From: Terriglobia bacterium | GTDB lineage: Bacteria; Acidobacteriota; Terriglobia; 20CM-2-55-15 | Length of the DNA: 64,000 nt | Reading direction: 5' to 3' | Assembly (NCBI GenBank): GCA_965218585.1 | Contig: CBDCLE010000001.1 | Span: forward strand, 192,001-256,000 | Shown: piece after piece, positions 21,553 to 31,059 of the stretch | Position numbering within the stretch: the stretch's first letter is position 1 | Layout: every line of letters starts with the position of its first letter | The notes under the pieces: model-generated | Database searches by the model: none | What the model was told of the DNA's origin: nothing | What the model saw: only the letters and a program-made list of their open reading frames with translations | Position numbers and translations under genes: made by a program

Positions 21553-22506
21553 TTATGTCCGTGGATTGAACGTTGAGGACTTGGCGAGGTTTTCGAAGTG
21601 CTCCCGGTCGGATTCGCTGAGCTCTTTTGGGACGACGATCTTCAACCGAACGTAGTGGTCTCCCCGGCCGCCACCCCGCCGGTTAAGGCCCTGGCCCTTG
21701 AGGCGGATGCGTTGCCCGGAACTGACTCCGGCAGGTACTTTGATATCTGCGTTTCCGTCGAGAGTGGAGACTTCCATCGTCGTTCCAAGCGCGGCTTCCC
21801 AGGGCGCGATTGGGACTTCGATCTCTGTGTCATCTCCATCCACCAAAAACCGTGATCCGGGCTCCATCTTCAGACGAATGTAAAGATCGCCCCCATCGAC
21901 GCTACCTCCCGGCACGCGGATACGGCTGCCGTCCCGTGCGCCGGCAGGTATCCGGACGTCCACACTTTTCTGCTGGTTATTGACCCGCAGGTTCAGTTTT
22001 CGCGTCGTGCCTCGATGCATCTGATCGAGAGGCAGGCCCAGCTCAGTTTCTACCTGTTGGCGGTTTTGCCGGCGGCCTCGGGCGCGAGTGCCACCTCCAC
22101 TGCCACTCGCAGCCGGTCCTCCGCCCATCCTCCCAAAAATAGCTTCGAAGAAATCACTGAAACCGCCTCGGCTCGAACCGAACCCACCGCCTCTTCCGCC
22201 CAGAATGTCGCCGATATCGAAATCGGTCTGGAAACCGCCGCCCTGCCATCCGGGTGGAGGGGTAAAATCAGCCCCGGCCTTCCAATTGGGTCCAAGCTGG
22301 TCATAGCGTTGGCGCTTGCCCGAGTCGGCGAGGACTTCGTAGGCTTCCTGGATTTCTTTGAACTTTTCCTCGGCGGCCTTGTCGTTGGGGTTGACATCGG
22401 GGTGATACTTGCGCGCAAGCTTCCTGTACGCCTTCTTGATCTCTTCCGCGCTAGAGGTTCGTCCGACTCCGAGCGTTTCGTAATAATCCTTAAACTTAAG
22501 GGCCAT
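21553..22506 (-). CDS. DnaJ class II / CbpA-like co-chaperone
   Basis: J-domain with HPD, G/F-rich region, DnaJ C-terminal domain, no zinc finger. Confidence 0.92.
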   Translation of the reverse strand: MALKFKDYYETLGVGRTSSAEEIKKAYRKLARKYHPDVNPNDKAAEEKFKEIQEAYEVLADSGKRQRYDQLGPNWKAGADFTPPPGWQGGGFQTDFDIGDILGGRGGGFGSSRGGFSDFFEAIFGRMGGGPAASGSGGGTRARGRRQNRQQVETELGLPLDQMHRGTTRKLNLRVNNQQKSVDVRIPAGARDGSRIRVPGGSVDGGDLYIRLKMEPGSRFLVDGDDTEIEVPIAPWEAALGTTMEVSTLDGNADIKVPAGVSSGQRIRLKGQGLNRRGGGRGDHYVRLKIVVPKELSESDREHFENLAKSSTFNPRT

Positions 22507-22568
22507 CGCATACTGTTATATAGCTCGGGTAGGGTGAATTCCAGTATCAGAGGAGGAAACGGGAATTT

Positions 22569-23390
22569 TCAGATCGAGACTTCGAGGCCTTCACGGGCCG
22601 CGATCACATCGGGATGGAGCCTGGAAGCTTCCTCGCGGATGGAGGCGATGACGCTGTCATCGTGGTAAGGGTCGTGGTGGAACAAGACGATTTTCTTGGC
22701 GTTGGCGGCGACGCCGCTTTCGACTGATTGCTTCCATGTGCTGTGTCCCCAACCCTCATGATCGGGGTACTCTTCCGGAGTGTACTGGGCGTCTACGATG
22801 AGGCAATCCGCATCCTGAGCCAGATCCCTGAAGTTGTTTTCGCTCCACTCCGGACCGCGTTCCACATCCGTGCAATAGGAAATAACCTTATCGCCCTGCG
22901 TAATTCGGTATCCGACACAGCCCTGCGGATGGTTCAATTTCTTCACGAGGATCGTCGTGTCTGCGACACGGAAAGTTCCTTCCACCAGATCGATATAGTC
23001 ACGGATGCATGGCAGCTTGGACATGTCGACAGGGAAGTAGGGATTCGCCATGATCCCGGCTAACGCGTCCATCACAAGGTTTGCGTCGCGTCGCCCGGCA
23101 AAGTAGAAGGTGAAATGATTTTCCTCCTCATAGAGTGGTGTGAAGAAGGGAAGACCCTGAATGTGATCGATATGGAAGTGACTGAAGAACACGTGAGCCC
23201 GAATGCGCGAACCGTCGAATTCCTTTTCGAGTTCTTTACCCAACAATCGGATGCCGGTGCCTCCGTCAAAGATCAGAATTTCGTTGCCGTCGGTCCGTAC
23301 TTCGACACAGGAGGTATTCCCGCCATATTCCAGGTTGTCTCGCTGTGGAGTCGGCGTGGAGCCGCGAACTCCCCAGAATCGAACGCGCAT
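22569..23390 (-). CDS. MBL-fold metallo-hydrolase
   Basis: WGVRGS, GGNTSC, SHFHIDHIQG, GHS, FHHDP. Confidence 0.92.
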   Translation of the reverse strand: MRVRFWGVRGSTPTPQRDNLEYGGNTSCVEVRTDGNEILIFDGGTGIRLLGKELEKEFDGSRIRAHVFFSHFHIDHIQGLPFFTPLYEEENHFTFYFAGRRDANLVMDALAGIMANPYFPVDMSKLPCIRDYIDLVEGTFRVADTTILVKKLNHPQGCVGYRITQGDKVISYCTDVERGPEWSENNFRDLAQDADCLIVDAQYTPEEYPDHEGWGHSTWKQSVESGVAANAKKIVLFHHDPYHDDSVIASIREEASRLHPDVIAAREGLEVSI

Positions 23391-23514
23391 GAAGCGCTCC
23401 CCTCCTCAAGAAGCGGCAGTATATAGCAGGCCGCGGTAAAACACACCCGAACAGATTACTTTTCCGATGGGTCGGAGCTTAGGCCGACGTTTCATTTTCA
23501 ATGATGCCTAAAGG

Positions 23515-24669
23515 TCATATTTCGAGCAACTTCGGAAAGCGAACCAGGTTCTTGCATTGTGCCTCGCCGACGACAACGACGTCTTCCAGACGCACACCGC
23601 CCATTCCCGAGTAGTAGAGCCCCGGTTCGACGGTGACCACCTGATTTTTTCGAAACCTGTTGCGTGCCCTCAGACCAAAGAAAGGCGCCTCGTGGATGTC
23701 GAGACCAAGGCCGTGTCCCGTACCGTGAAAGAAGCCCTGCATCCGACCATCCTGGAGCCCGGTCTGAAATCCACGGCTCCGGAAATAGCTGAGGATGTCC
23801 TGGTGGATCTTGTAGGCGCTGCTGCGGGAACGGATGTTTCTGAATCCGATCTTCTGAGCTTCGGCGACTGCGTGGTAGGCCTGCTTCAGCCGTTCTGAGG
23901 CCCGCCCGCGAACAACGGTGCGCGTCATATCTCCGAAGTAGCCTGTTTTTTGCGATCTTGGGAAGATGTCGATGATGACGGACGTGTGTGCGCGAATCGG
24001 TCCGCTGCCTTCGTTGTGAGGGTCCACGGCATGATCCCCGGAAGACACGATCGTATGGCTTGGAACCCATCCCCGCTCCATGATTGTCGTGTTGATGATG
24101 GCTTTCAATATTTCCGACGTCAGTCGTGTGCCGTCCAGGTTCAGATAGCCGTTTCTCAAAATGTTTGCTCTCCGGAGTGCGGCGATTCCCGCTTCCATGC
24201 CGGCTTCGGCAACACGCAGCGAGTTGCGGATGTGACCGATCTCCTCCTGCGTTTTTATCTCCCGCTGGCTCCAGAACGTTCCGTCTTCCACTCTAAGAGA
24301 AATGCCCAACCCTCGCAGCTCGTCCGCCAGCGAAATGGGGAAGTTCCAGGGGACGCGCACTTTCTTGATCCTGAAGTCTCGGAAGACTTCATCGAGAAGC
24401 TGTCCTGTTGAGGGGAATGTAATGCCCCGTGAACTCAATCTTTCGACGTACTCACTCTGGGCGAGTACGTGATCCACGGTGGCCTGTTCCCGTGCCCGGT
24501 CTAACTCTAGATCGCTCATTACGACGTATCGCCGTCCGTTCTTTGTGAAGAATATGAACGGGTCGGGGGTGAACATTCGAGTGGCCCAGAGGAGGTTGGC
24601 GTCCGTGTCGCTGGCGGCGACGATCAGTCGCGCGTCAGTGGGCCGTGATGCCGTGGTATATTGAGCCAT
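23515..24669 (-). CDS. Xaa-Pro peptidase, M24 family
   Basis: IIDIFP, GDMTRT, HGTGHGLGLDIHE, TVEPGLY, GVRLED. Confidence 0.92.
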   Translation of the reverse strand: MAQYTTASRPTDARLIVAASDTDANLLWATRMFTPDPFIFFTKNGRRYVVMSDLELDRAREQATVDHVLAQSEYVERLSSRGITFPSTGQLLDEVFRDFRIKKVRVPWNFPISLADELRGLGISLRVEDGTFWSQREIKTQEEIGHIRNSLRVAEAGMEAGIAALRRANILRNGYLNLDGTRLTSEILKAIINTTIMERGWVPSHTIVSSGDHAVDPHNEGSGPIRAHTSVIIDIFPRSQKTGYFGDMTRTVVRGRASERLKQAYHAVAEAQKIGFRNIRSRSSAYKIHQDILSYFRSRGFQTGLQDGRMQGFFHGTGHGLGLDIHEAPFFGLRARNRFRKNQVVTVEPGLYYSGMGGVRLEDVVVVGEAQCKNLVRFPKLLEI

Positions 24670-24672
24670 ATC

Positions 24673-25398
24673 ATGTCGAAAACAGCGGGAATCGTTGTCA
24701 TCGGGAACGAGATCCTGTCTGGCCGAACCCGGGACGAAAACGCTGCTTATTTTCTAAAAGAGCTCCGCAGTCTGGGCGTCGACGTGCGCAGGGTGTCGGT
24801 GATCCCAGACGAACTCCCGGCTATCCGGGACGAAATCCGAAGCGCCTCCATACAGTTCGATTATGTTTTCAGTTCGGGCGGCGTCGGCCCGACGCACGAC
24901 GACGTTACCATCGCGGGTATTGCCGCAGCGTTCGAACGGGGTATCTGCCGAAGTCCCGAACTGGAAACGACACTCCGGGGATACTATCAGGAGAACTTGA
25001 CCGACGCTATGCTGCGGATGGCCAACGTTCCTGAAGGCTTTTCGCTCGTACAGGACAACAGGATGTGGTTTCCGGTGATCCTCGTAGAGAACGTCTATAT
25101 CTTTCCCGGCGTGCCCGAGATCCTGGCTTCCAAGTTCGAACACATCAAGGAAATCTTTCGTGAGGATCCCTACTTTACCGAGGATATGTTTCTGACTGTG
25201 GAGGAAGGCCATATCGCCGACGTTTTGCACGAAGTCCTGGAGAGGTTTCCCGACCTGCTCCTGGGTTCCTATCCCACGTTCACCAATCCGAACTACAGTG
25301 TCAAACTCACGCTGGAGTCCAAGAGTCAGGACTACCTCGACGGTGCCCGCCAATTTCTCGTCGAGCGCCTGGGGGCACGTTCCATTGTTCCGCTCTGA
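24673..25398 (+). CDS. Molybdopterin-binding domain / CinA-like protein
   Basis: IGNEILSG, SGGVGPTHDDVT, FPGVP. Confidence 0.9.
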   Translation: MSKTAGIVVIGNEILSGRTRDENAAYFLKELRSLGVDVRRVSVIPDELPAIRDEIRSASIQFDYVFSSGGVGPTHDDVTIAGIAAAFERGICRSPELETTLRGYYQENLTDAMLRMANVPEGFSLVQDNRMWFPVILVENVYIFPGVPEILASKFEHIKEIFREDPYFTEDMFLTVEEGHIADVLHEVLERFPDLLLGSYPTFTNPNYSVKLTLESKSQDYLDGARQFLVERLGARSIVPL

Positions 25399-25456
25399 TT
25401 CGAACTCTCAGTTTTCGACTATTTTCGGATCGGGATGACGGTCCCGTCATGGAAGA

Positions 25457-26368
25457 CTAATCAAAAAGCCCCGGTTGGTCGTAACGCAAGGGTATATCGT
25501 CGACGAGGGAGTCGAAGCCCAACTCCTGGCACAGGGAGATGACCGCGTCGGGGCTACCTTTCCGATAACGGAGGCTATCGGGTGTGATGTCGACGTCGAC
25601 GTCGCACCGTATGCGGGCCAACTCACGGCTTGTTCGAACCGTATCCATGTTTTCGCGAATGCGTTTGAGTATGACGTCCCTTCCGCGAATGGACAGATGA
25701 TCCAAGTCTGCTTCCGGGATGTCTTCGACCGTGCGGCAGACGGACAGGAGTTTCCCGGCAGTCTTGCCTCCGACGCCCTGGATTCCGGGAATGTTATCCA
25801 CCGAGTCTCCGAGCAGTGCTAAGAGATCCGGAACCTGTGACGGCTCGACACCAAGTTTTGTCTTTACGGCGGCTGCATCCAGCCAGGAGTTCTTGGCGAG
25901 ATCGTAAATCCGGATACGGTCGTCGACCAGTTGGGCCAGGTCCTTGTCACCGGAAACAATAACCACAGGGTGACCCGCCTCTGCCATGCGGACTGCGATG
26001 GAACCGATCACGTCATCTGCTTCGTAAGTTTCGACCTCGAAAGCCGGTATACCCACGGCCTCTGTGACACGTCGGCAATACCCGAACTGAACCTTTAGAT
26101 CGTCGGGTGGGGCGGTACGGTTCGCCTTGTAATCTGCGAACATCTGACGTCGGAAGGAATGAGCGCCTTCGAAGGCTGCGGCCATATACGGCGGCCCTTG
26201 TTCCCGAATGATTCGGAGAAGTGTTCGCAGATATCCCAGCACCGCGTTGGTCTTCATCCCGGAAGGGGCGATGATACTGTCCGGCATGCCATAGTACGCC
26301 CTGAAGATATAGTTCATCGCGTCGATCAGGAATACGGGCCGCGAGTTCAGGGGTTGGGCTTCGGACAT
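25457..26368 (-). CDS. Stand-alone 5'-3' exonuclease (flap endonuclease, PolA N-terminal-like)
   Basis: LIDAMNYIFRAY, YKANR, EADDVIGS, SGDKD, GDSVDNIPG. Confidence 0.92.
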   Translation of the reverse strand: MSEAQPLNSRPVFLIDAMNYIFRAYYGMPDSIIAPSGMKTNAVLGYLRTLLRIIREQGPPYMAAAFEGAHSFRRQMFADYKANRTAPPDDLKVQFGYCRRVTEAVGIPAFEVETYEADDVIGSIAVRMAEAGHPVVIVSGDKDLAQLVDDRIRIYDLAKNSWLDAAAVKTKLGVEPSQVPDLLALLGDSVDNIPGIQGVGGKTAGKLLSVCRTVEDIPEADLDHLSIRGRDVILKRIRENMDTVRTSRELARIRCDVDVDITPDSLRYRKGSPDAVISLCQELGFDSLVDDIPLRYDQPGLFD

Positions 26369-26388
26369 TGATCCAAATGGGTTGGCGG

Positions 26389-26763
26389 TTATTTGATCGG
26401 CGTGGGCTTGCCTTCGTCATCCACCGCGACATACACAACCCGCGCCGACGTAACCTTGACAGTTTCATGGTGCCCCGCGGGGCCGGTGCGCTCTGCTTCG
26501 ACTTCCACTTCGATTGTGACGGACGTCTTTCCCGTTTTTACGGTCCGTGTATAAAACGTGACGGTGTCGCCGAGGAAGACAGGAGAGACGAACTCGACGT
26601 TTTCCATCAGCTTCGTCACGAATCTCTGTGCACTATGCCTGCGTGCTTCATTGCTCCCGGCAAGATCGAGATGGCTCAGGATGACGCCACCAAAGATCGT
26701 CCCCATCTGGTTTGTATCCTTGGGGAGCATGACCACGCGGATTGCTACGTTATATCCGTCCAA
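26389..26763 (-). CDS. Hotdog-fold acyl-CoA thioesterase
   Basis: [26 protein letters not shown]. Confidence 0.9.
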   Translation of the reverse strand: MDGYNVAIRVVMLPKDTNQMGTIFGGVILSHLDLAGSNEARRHSAQRFVTKLMENVEFVSPVFLGDTVTFYTRTVKTGKTSVTIEVEVEAERTGPAGHHETVKVTSARVVYVAVDDEGKPTPIK

Positions 26764-26799
26764 TTCAGCACCTGTTTCGGGAAGATTCCAGTAGATTTC

Positions 26800-27215
26800 T
26801 CATTCCACTATCCGTGCATCCACGACGCGTAGTGTGCCCGTTACGGCTCCGTCACGCGGCAGGGCATCACGGCTGCCCACATCATGTTCTTCTCCGGGTC
26901 CCAATCTCTGGTCGATCACGATCTGGTCTACCTCGGTTGTTTCTCCGAGCTCATCTATATACGTCGCTTCGACAAGGATCCGGTCATAAGTCGTCGCCCG
27001 GCTCTGGTTTCGAAAACTCACAAACCACAGAGGCCGTTCTCCATCGGGTGCGGGCTGAAACTGCTTTTTGTGATGGCGATCTCATTGGAAGCGTCGGGGT
27101 CGCTGAACCAGTTTTGAACAGAGTCTCCGTAGGAGCGATAGCCGAGGACGAGGGCAATAAGGATGAAGGCGACACGGCGTCCGACAACCCAGTATCGCGA
27201 TTTGAGAAAATCCAC
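26800..27215 (-). pseudogene. Membrane-anchored hypothetical protein with an FxLYD-like beta-sandwich, frameshifted (or an error)
   Basis: ORFs 27018..27215 and 26800..27021 join as SSFQPAPDGERPLWFVSFRNQS if one base is added near 27058-27060; 138 aa. Confidence 0.6.
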
Positions 27216-27219
27216 CCGG

Positions 27220-28440
27220 TTATCCCGGTTCTTCCTGAAGCGTCAGCCCCAGCGTGGTTCGTTGACCGTTTCTGAGGACGACGACCTCGACCCGTTCTCC
27301 CGGTTGGCGCGGTTCCAGAATCGTGTTGACGTCGTTCATCGAGGTGACGTTGCGTCCCTCGATTGAGACGACGACATCGCCTCCGGTAGGTACGAGATAG
27401 TTTCCTACACGGACTCTCTCTCTGGCGCCACGTAGATCGCTCGCTGCCGCGGGGCTGCCTGCCAATACGGTGGTTACCAGTACACCCGAAACGGTTTCCA
27501 ACCCCAGGGCTTCGGAGAGTCCCCTGAAGTCGGACAGGTTGATTCCCTGGAAGCCGATGTAAACCCGCCGCACGCGCCCGTAAGTGATCAGATCGTTGGT
27601 GACGCGGTTCACCGTTTCCACAGGAACCGCAAACCCGATGCCCACGCTTCCGGTGTTTGACGGAGAAACGATGGCCGTATTGATTCCGATGACATTGCCT
27701 TCTGCGTTGAGGAGAGGCCCACCAGAGTTGCCCGGGTTGATCGCAGCATCAGTCTGTATGATCCCCTCGATGACGCGGCCATTGGTGGCCTGTATCGACC
27801 GGCCCAGCGAACTGATGATTCCCGTCGTCAATGTTCCCTCCAGTCCGAACGGGTTGCCGATCGCCAGTACCTTCTGGCCTACGCGCAAGGCTTCGGAGGA
27901 GCCGAAGGGGATTGGTATCCATTGAACGTCTTCTGAATCGACCTTTATGACTGCCAGGTCGTTGTTAGGATCGACGCCGACGATTCGGGCGGGATGTCGG
28001 CCGAGGTCCGATAAGGTGACCTCCAGCTGCTGGGCGTTTTCGATGACGTGATAATTGGTGACGATGTGTCCCTGGTTGTCGATAACGACACCGGAGCCTG
28101 ATCCGGACTCGGGAATAGGTCGCAGGAAGAAGTCGTAACTGACCGTCGTCGAAGTGATGTTGACGACGCCGCGGCTTCGGTTCCGGTAAATATCGATGTT
28201 GTTGAGTTCGTCCGTCGTCAGGTCGCTGGCCGTTGGCTGTGGTAGTGGGGCGGGAGCCGGCGCTGGTTCCGTGTCACGCACGGAAATCGGTGCAGGTTCG
28301 ATGATCGTCAAATCGGCGGGTTGAGTGTCGTTAGCTGCGGTGTTGACCGGGGCGGGCTGGCGGCGCGATTCAAGGGCGACATAGACCACCGCTGCGGTGA
28401 TGATAGCCGTCAGAAAAGCGACTCTGATCGTGGATTGCAT
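27220..28440 (-). CDS. HtrA/DegS-type serine protease with one PDZ domain
   Basis: TNYHV, DLAV, INPGNSGG triad; N-terminal TM; C-terminal PDZ. Confidence 0.93.
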   Translation of the reverse strand: MQSTIRVAFLTAIITAAVVYVALESRRQPAPVNTAANDTQPADLTIIEPAPISVRDTEPAPAPAPLPQPTASDLTTDELNNIDIYRNRSRGVVNITSTTVSYDFFLRPIPESGSGSGVVIDNQGHIVTNYHVIENAQQLEVTLSDLGRHPARIVGVDPNNDLAVIKVDSEDVQWIPIPFGSSEALRVGQKVLAIGNPFGLEGTLTTGIISSLGRSIQATNGRVIEGIIQTDAAINPGNSGGPLLNAEGNVIGINTAIVSPSNTGSVGIGFAVPVETVNRVTNDLITYGRVRRVYIGFQGINLSDFRGLSEALGLETVSGVLVTTVLAGSPAAASDLRGARERVRVGNYLVPTGGDVVVSIEGRNVTSMNDVNTILEPRQPGERVEVVVLRNGQRTTLGLTLQEEPG

Positions 28441-28471
28441 TCTGCTTCCGATCGTTTAACGTTCAGAGTAA

Positions 28472-29428
28472 TTATGCCGCATGCAACTCGACAATGTCAC
28501 CGTCATCGAGTATGAAGTCGCGGGCGACCACAAGGCCATCGGTTTTATCTTTGCTCCATACCTTGGCGAACTTGAGAGTTTCGGCCAGTTCCCGGTGGAC
28601 GACCCCGGCCAGGTCGAGGACTGTGCTGCCCCGTGCGATGACAAACGGGTCCCTCCGTTCGGCCTTTTTGCCGGGTGCCTTGGTGTAGACACGCACGAGG
28701 TCGAGAAACTCGTAAACTCTTCGGCTGATGTCCTCGACATGATTCTCCTGATCCTGAACGCTGGAGAATCTTATGAACTCGAACCGATCTCCGTACACCT
28801 CTTTCAAGATCTCTTCACGATCATCTGCGCCCCCCGCTTCGGCCTTGTTGCCTACGATCAGTGTCTTTCTTGCCCCGAGTTCGATTTTCGCGGTGCGGAG
28901 TATTTCCAGTGTCGTTTCCATGTGATCGAGAACGGCATCGTCGGAGAGGTCCACGACCCAGAGAACGGCGTCCGCGTTGCGAATGATCTGGGGTACCCAT
29001 GATTCCAGGTGGTCAGCGGACACTGGTGGCAGATCCACGAGCTGGAGTTGAACTTCCTCGAACGTGAGCATTCCGGGGATCGGTGCGCGGGTCGTGAAAG
29101 GATAGTCGGCGATCTCAGGTGTCGCATGTGTGAGGGCAGCGAGCAGGCTGCTCTTTCCAGCGTTGGGTGCCCCGACCAGCGCCAGTTGCCGTGCACCCTG
29201 TCGGTCCAGGTGGAACGGGTCCTTCCGTACGGCCGATTTCTTCTGCGTCGATTCCTTCCGGAGTGCGGAGAGTTTTTTCTTGAGGTCCGCCCGGAGTTTT
29301 TCCGTCCCTTTATGTTTCGGAATGATCGCCATCATTTCCTGAAGCGCGGTCACCTTTTCCTTGGGTGTTTCGGCAGCCTTGAACCGCTTCTCTGCTTCCA
29401 GGTATTGCGGAGTCAAATTGGCGGGCAT
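28472..29428 (-). CDS. DRG/OBG-family GTPase with TGS domain
   Basis: [30 protein letters not shown]-terminal TGS domain (L.DGDIVELH). Confidence 0.88.
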   Translation of the reverse strand: MPANLTPQYLEAEKRFKAAETPKEKVTALQEMMAIIPKHKGTEKLRADLKKKLSALRKESTQKKSAVRKDPFHLDRQGARQLALVGAPNAGKSSLLAALTHATPEIADYPFTTRAPIPGMLTFEEVQLQLVDLPPVSADHLESWVPQIIRNADAVLWVVDLSDDAVLDHMETTLEILRTAKIELGARKTLIVGNKAEAGGADDREEILKEVYGDRFEFIRFSSVQDQENHVEDISRRVYEFLDLVRVYTKAPGKKAERRDPFVIARGSTVLDLAGVVHRELAETLKFAKVWSKDKTDGLVVARDFILDDGDIVELHAA

Positions 29429-29489
29429 GTCGCTAAGAATAGCAAAGCCGGGCTGAGACATGAAGGGAGGGAAGTCTGTAGTAATTCGG

Positions 29490-29576
29490 ATTAATTCGGG
29501 GACAGTGAGCAAATTCAATCCAGCCGGACATCGATAAATTGCGAACTGTTTAATCGCTCACTGTCCCCGAATTAAT
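29490..29576. repeat. Long inverted repeat, GGGACAG family
   Basis: Perfect 21-bp arms ATTAATTCGGGGACAGTGAGC / GCTCACTGTCCCCGAATTAAT. Confidence 0.85.
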
Positions 29577-29598
29577 TTCGAACTACACTCTGATTAGA

Positions 29599-29826
29599 GT
29601 GATGAATTCCAAGAGAGTTGCAGTTCTTTTCAAATGGCTCTCGAGGATTGTGTTTACGCTTTCACTTCTGTGGGTCCTCCTATTCGCATACCTTTCCGAT
29701 GCTCTCGGCGACTTCTTCGGCCCTCCCGACTGGCCCGTAATTCTCCTCGTGGCCTTCGTCGGGTTCGTGATCGGATTCTTGCTTCGTTGGATGAGCAGGC
29801 GATCAATTGGGGACAGAGGTGTCTGA
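29599..29826 (+). CDS. Small two-TM hypothetical membrane protein
   Basis: Two hydrophobic helices; fills the gap between the GTPase and MFS genes. Confidence 0.55.
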   Translation: MMNSKRVAVLFKWLSRIVFTLSLLWVLLFAYLSDALGDFFGPPDWPVILLVAFVGFVIGFLLRWMSRRSIGDRGV

Positions 29827-31005
29827 CGCTATGTTTTTGGCGGGCTCTTTTAGCCACCTGCAGGTCGGGACAATCAGGATCGTGATGAACGCTGTAATCC
29901 AGGCGACGGTGCCAAAACCGGATTGGTCGAACGCCGCTGCGGAGACTGCTGCAGTCACTGCGATACCAAGCTGAGAGGCTGCGTTGCGTACGGCCATGTA
30001 CGAACCGCGAACCTCAGAACTGACGAGTTCGGTGGTCAGAGCATGCAGCGGCGCCTGGCGGGCGGCAGCCGTGATGCTCAGGACGCCGACGAAAAGAAAG
30101 AGCGCCAGTCCCCACCCGAGGTTGGAGACGATTACGAAAAGCGGCGCCAGAAACAGGTTTGCACCGAGGATCAGGACTCGCTTCCCAAGACGGTCGGCCA
30201 GCCACCCCGAGAGAGGTGCGGCTAGGGTGGCTGCCAGTCCTGCGACCATGAACAGAATTCCCAACTGCTCCACACCGACTCCGTCCCCGGCAAGCCAGAC
30301 ACCCACGTAGGTCAGAAAGCCCACCAAGCCGCCGGAGGTCAGGAATGCGGCGACCATTCCGGCGACGCGATCCGGGAATCGGAAGTGAGCCAGCACATTG
30401 GTGGGAGAGGCTTGCCCTGTCTGGCGCTTGTCCGCGGGCAGCATTAAAATCGTCACAAGGAACATAGCCGCGCCGGCTAGGGCCAGGCCCAGGAAAATCC
30501 AGCGCCAGTCGTACCTTGCCGCGATCAGAGTCCCGGCCGGCACACTGATGACGAACACCAGGAAATAGGCCATCGATATGATTCCCATTGCCCTGCCGCG
30601 CTGCTGGTATGGGTAGTGGTCACCTGCATAGGAGAAGGCCAGAGTCGAGAGCGTGCCTGTAGAGAGACCCGTCAAGAGCCTTGCCGTCAACAAGATGCTA
30701 AAATAGGAGCTTCGGTACGTGATGAGGGACGCCAGGCCGAACACCAGCAGCGCCAGACACATCAGCCGCTTGCGGCCGATCCGGTCCGAAGCCGTTCCCA
30801 GCACCAATGCGAAGGCTGCTGCCGCGAGCGCGTAGGCCGTTACAACCGTTCCCGCACGGCCCGGCGATATAACGAGATCTTCGGCTATTGACGGGATCAG
30901 AGGCGGGATGAGCGCTGTATCGGAGACACCCAGGAAGAGAATCCCGAACAGGATTACTGCTGCCTTCCACTGAAAGTTGCTGCTTGAATCGGTGCCCGGC
31001 GACAC
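29803..31005 (-). CDS. MFS transporter
   Basis: About 12 TM; motif A (GTASDRIGRKR, GWLADRLGKR). Confidence 0.92.
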   Translation of the reverse strand: MSPGTDSSSNFQWKAAVILFGILFLGVSDTALIPPLIPSIAEDLVISPGRAGTVVTAYALAAAAFALVLGTASDRIGRKRLMCLALLVFGLASLITYRSSYFSILLTARLLTGLSTGTLSTLAFSYAGDHYPYQQRGRAMGIISMAYFLVFVISVPAGTLIAARYDWRWIFLGLALAGAAMFLVTILMLPADKRQTGQASPTNVLAHFRFPDRVAGMVAAFLTSGGLVGFLTYVGVWLAGDGVGVEQLGILFMVAGLAATLAAPLSGWLADRLGKRVLILGANLFLAPLFVIVSNLGWGLALFLFVGVLSITAAARQAPLHALTTELVSSEVRGSYMAVRNAASQLGIAVTAAVSAAAFDQSGFGTVAWITAFITILIVPTCRWLKEPAKNIASDTSVPN

Positions 31006-31059
31006 GGGCGGATTCTATCACAGCGTATTTATGAGCCGCGTGCAGGGCATGCGGCCTAA

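Noticed and set aside
29429-29518. N-terminal extensions in the ORF track (DRG GTPase, hscA, iscA, aminotransferase, SirB1, DHS)
   Set aside because: They run through palindromic repeats or upstream genes; family-typical starts lie downstream
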